From the NCBI GenBank assembly GCA_965242965.1, contig OZ251518.1, forward strand, positions 4,352,001 through 4,416,000: a stretch of DNA of 64,000 nt, read 5' to 3'. The translations under genes and the position numbers were made by a program. Of the stretch, positions 61,180 through 64,000 are shown in pieces. This DNA comes from Candidatus Poribacteria bacterium. Its GTDB lineage: Bacteria; Poribacteria; WGA-4E; WGA-3G. Every line of letters begins with the position of its first letter. Within the stretch, counting starts at the first letter, position 1. The notes beneath the pieces were generated by a model that did no database searches, was not told the origin of the DNA, and worked only from the letters and a program-made list of their open reading frames with translations.

Positions 61180-62475
61180 TTGCTCGATCTCAAATTTATT
61201 CGTGAACATAGCGATGCAGTTCGTCAAATGCTCCAACATCGCCGCAGCGACGCGGTTGCAGACTTAGACAGGCTGCTTGAATTGGATAAGCAGTGGCGCG
61301 AGAATTTGACGCACACGCAATCCTTGAAAGCGCACCAAAACAGAGTATCGCAACAAATCGCAGAACGCAAAAGGGCGAAACAGGATGCCACCGAGACTAT
61401 CGCCGAGATGCGCAAACTCTCGCAGGAGATAAAAGAACTCACCGCTGCGGCAAACGATACGAAAGCGACAATCGATGCCATCCTCTTGACACTTCCGAAC
61501 ATGCCGGAGGCAAGCACGCCTCTCGGCATCACTGAAGAGGATAACCTTGAAATCAAGACGTGGGGTGAACTCCCCAGTTTCGATTTTGAACCTAAGTTGC
61601 ACTGGGAACTCGCTGAGCAACTCGGGCTCGTCGATTTCCAGCGCGGCACGAAAGTGGCAGGGAGCAACTTCGTCCTTTTCACAGGGATTGGTGCGCGGTT
61701 AGAACGGGCACTCATCCAATTCATGTTGGACTTGCACACCACGCAGCACGGTTACACCGAAGTTTCGCCGCCGTTCCTCGCGAATCGTCCGACGATGACA
61801 GGGACAGGGCAACTCCCGAAATTTGAAGCGGATATGTATCGGTGCGACAGGGACGAGGATAATCCTGACAGCGATCTGTTTCTCATTCCGACAGCCGAAG
61901 TGCCCGTGACGAATCTCTTCGCGGGCGAGATTCTCAGTGCCAAAGATTTGCCTATCTACTACACTGCCTATACGCCTTGTTTCCGGCGAGAGGCGGGTGC
62001 CTATGGGAGAGAGACGCGCGGCTTGCAACGCATCCATCAGTTTGACAAAGTGGAGATGGTGAAGTTCACCACGCCGGAATCTTCCTACGCCGAGCACGAA
62101 TCGCTGTTGGCCAATGCGGAGAGCGTGTTGCAAGCACTCGGTTTGCCTTATCGTGTCGTGCAGCATTGCATGGGAGAACTCTCCTTTGCCGCCGCGAAAT
62201 GCTACGACATTGAGGTGTGGGCACCGGCGGCACAGCGGTTTTTAGAGGTGTCGTCTTGCAGTAATTTTGAGGCGTTCCAAGCGCGCCGTGCGAATATCCG
62301 CTTCCGTCGGGAGGCGGGTGCGAAACCGGAGTTCGTGCATACGTTGAATGCCTCGGGGACAGCGTTGCCGCGCGTCGTGATTGCGATTCTGGAAACGTAT
62401 CAGAATTCGGATGGGACGTTGCGAGTGCCGGCGGTGTTGCAGCCGTATATGGGTGGTTTGTCGCAAATTGGGTGA
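61180..62475 (+). CDS. serS: Serine--tRNA ligase
   Basis: LIPTAEVP, FRREAG, HQFDKVE, EVSSCSN, HTLNASG; TTG start after GAGGAG. Confidence 0.97.
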   Translation: MLDLKFIREHSDAVRQMLQHRRSDAVADLDRLLELDKQWRENLTHTQSLKAHQNRVSQQIAERKRAKQDATETIAEMRKLSQEIKELTAAANDTKATIDAILLTLPNMPEASTPLGITEEDNLEIKTWGELPSFDFEPKLHWELAEQLGLVDFQRGTKVAGSNFVLFTGIGARLERALIQFMLDLHTTQHGYTEVSPPFLANRPTMTGTGQLPKFEADMYRCDRDEDNPDSDLFLIPTAEVPVTNLFAGEILSAKDLPIYYTAYTPCFRREAGAYGRETRGLQRIHQFDKVEMVKFTTPESSYAEHESLLANAESVLQALGLPYRVVQHCMGELSFAAAKCYDIEVWAPAAQRFLEVSSCSNFEAFQARRANIRFRREAGAKPEFVHTLNASGTALPRVVIAILETYQNSDGTLRVPAVLQPYMGGLSQIG

Positions 62476-63461
62476 TTCAAATGCAGAGAAGCACCGACGA
62501 AAAAATTAATACCGTCATAGCCCAAAACACTTTTTGGTTCTCTAATAAGGCGTTTGAGGAAGGATATGAAGCCTATCTCACCACTTTAAAAGAGACTTTG
62601 CTTGTCCTGAGAAATCAGGTGCAAACCGAAGGACTCACCAAAAAATTGATTGAAGAGTTGATTGCTGAAAAAGAGAATGGATTAAAGGTTCTGTTAGCCT
62701 TGACAGGGCTTTCCAACGAATTTTTGAAGCGGTTGATTACGTTCATTCGGGTGGTTGACGATAAGGAACTTTCAAAACTCTCTTGTCGGGCTCAGTGGCT
62801 TAAGGAGGCAGAGTTAAACGGTTCCGACATCAAGGAATGGTCTGATTCAAAAATCGCTGCCAAAATCCGCGCGTCGGATGCTTTTAGGAAGGGCATCGTT
62901 AACCTTTTTTATGAAGGTTCAACTGTCCCGGTGCTTTGCAAGACGCTCCCGCTTTTTGAACTGAAGAAGTTGAGCCTTTCTAAACTCAGCTTTGAAGCTG
63001 AAGCGATGATCGACACCTTGATTCGCTACAAGGAGAAGGGCTCTTATTCGGGTAAGCGGGAAAATAACCCCGAAACCGTTATCGCAAGTCTTTTGACTGA
63101 GATGGGAACCGATTTTGTGAACGGGGACTTGGACAAGTTGAAAGAGCATGCCGCAGCCCAAAAGCGCAGAATGGATTTTATCATCCCGAACCAAGAGGAT
63201 CCGCAAGTTATCATTGAGTCCTCGTATTTGACAACGACCTCTTCCGGGCAAGGCGATAAGTCAAAAACTGAGCGCACGATGAAGGACCTCATTAAGGCGC
63301 ATTATCCGGAAGCGCGTTTTTGGGGATTCGTTGACGGGATCGGTTGGTATGTCCGGAGAACCGATTTACGAAGGATGGTTGACGCGTATGAAGAGGTATT
63401 CACTTTCAGTGAAGCAGAACTTCGGCGTTTCTGCAAATCCTTAACCGCCATTTTGGAGTAA
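62472..63461 (+). CDS. DpnII-family-like Type II restriction endonuclease
   Basis: RRMDFIIP...IESSY..TSSGQGDK...FVDGIGW; adjacent methyltransferase. Confidence 0.7.
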   Translation: MIQMQRSTDEKINTVIAQNTFWFSNKAFEEGYEAYLTTLKETLLVLRNQVQTEGLTKKLIEELIAEKENGLKVLLALTGLSNEFLKRLITFIRVVDDKELSKLSCRAQWLKEAELNGSDIKEWSDSKIAAKIRASDAFRKGIVNLFYEGSTVPVLCKTLPLFELKKLSLSKLSFEAEAMIDTLIRYKEKGSYSGKRENNPETVIASLLTEMGTDFVNGDLDKLKEHAAAQKRRMDFIIPNQEDPQVIIESSYLTTTSSGQGDKSKTERTMKDLIKAHYPEARFWGFVDGIGWYVRRTDLRRMVDAYEEVFTFSEAELRRFCKSLTAILE

Positions 63462-63624
63462 TACCCAATTAACTTGAGACATTTGCGCTCGTCTGAAGTT
63501 ATGGAAACCGTTAGTTTTCTAAACGAGCTCAAACAGTTCAAGATCGAGCGATCTTGAAATACGGAGACGAGACAAATCAACGTAATTCGGTACTACACCG
63601 ATTGTCCGACATCGGAAGTAGACT

Positions 63625-64000
63625 ATGGAACATTTGATTAATCAAATCATTCACGGCGATTGCTTAGAGGTGATGCGGCAGATCCCTTCGGATAGCATTG
63701 ACGTTACCTTCGCCGATCCGCCGTTCAACCTAAAAAAGAAATATAACACCTACGATGACCATCGGGATGAGGACGCTTATCTCGATTGGTGCCGGGAGTG
63801 GTTGTTTGAGATGGTGCGGATTACAAAGCCGAGCGGCTCCATCTTTGTCCATAATATCCCGAAATGGCTCACCCATTACGCGGGGTTCCTGAACGAATTC
63901 GCGACGTTTCGCCATTGGATTGCATGGGACGCGCCGACGGCACCGATGGGCAAGACTTTGCAACCGGCACATTACGGTATCCTGTTTTACGCGAAAAATC
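63625..64000 (+). CDS. N4/N6 DNA methyltransferase (3' truncated by window edge)
   Basis: Manual translation MEHLINQIIHGDCLEVM...FADPPFN. Confidence 0.85.
   Translation, partial: MEHLINQIIHGDCLEVMRQIPSDSIDVTFADPPFNLKKKYNTYDDHRDEDAYLDWCREWLFEMVRITKPSGSIFVHNIPKWLTHYAGFLNEFATFRHWIAWDAPTAPMGKTLQPAHYGILFYAKN

Noticed and set aside
63501-63557. 18-aa ORF between the endonuclease and the methyltransferase
   Set aside because: Too short and has no recognisable motif.

Overview
This is a bacterial chromosomal window of moderate-to-high GC, most consistent with Candidatus Poribacteria or a related diderm. That call is an inference from the secreted protein ending in ...SKLATTWGELK, a DUF1549/1553 protein, a sulfatase, several Gfo/Idh/MocA oxidoreductases and expanded Uma2 genes. 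Housekeeping content: mlaEFD, radA-ispD-ispF-cysS, dprA, accA, ggt, tRNA(CAU)-tilS-hpt, cell-wall hydrolases, tRNA-Val-Asp-Asp and serS. Defence- and TA-type genes are scattered among these: an MTase-Mrr fusion, three Uma2 paralogs, Schlafen/AlbA-HATPase, an MNT-HEPN fusion, an orphan HicB, a Type IIG-like RM enzyme, a sacsin-like ATPase-DUF3883 nuclease and a DpnII-like RM pair. Most intergenic gaps are filled with mosaic arrays of several GTAG-REP-like palindromes. At least five arrays are bounded by a shared terminal inverted repeat (GAGGGTGTTTCATA) and 8-10 bp target-site duplications, i.e. MITE-like shells with variable REP cargo. REP units are also inserted in frame inside genes. The best novelty candidates are these REP-carrying MITEs and a ~350-nt, promoter-preceded, highly base-paired leader/ncRNA ahead of the sacsin-like nuclease. 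All calls come from reading motifs by eye; no searches or folding programs were run.
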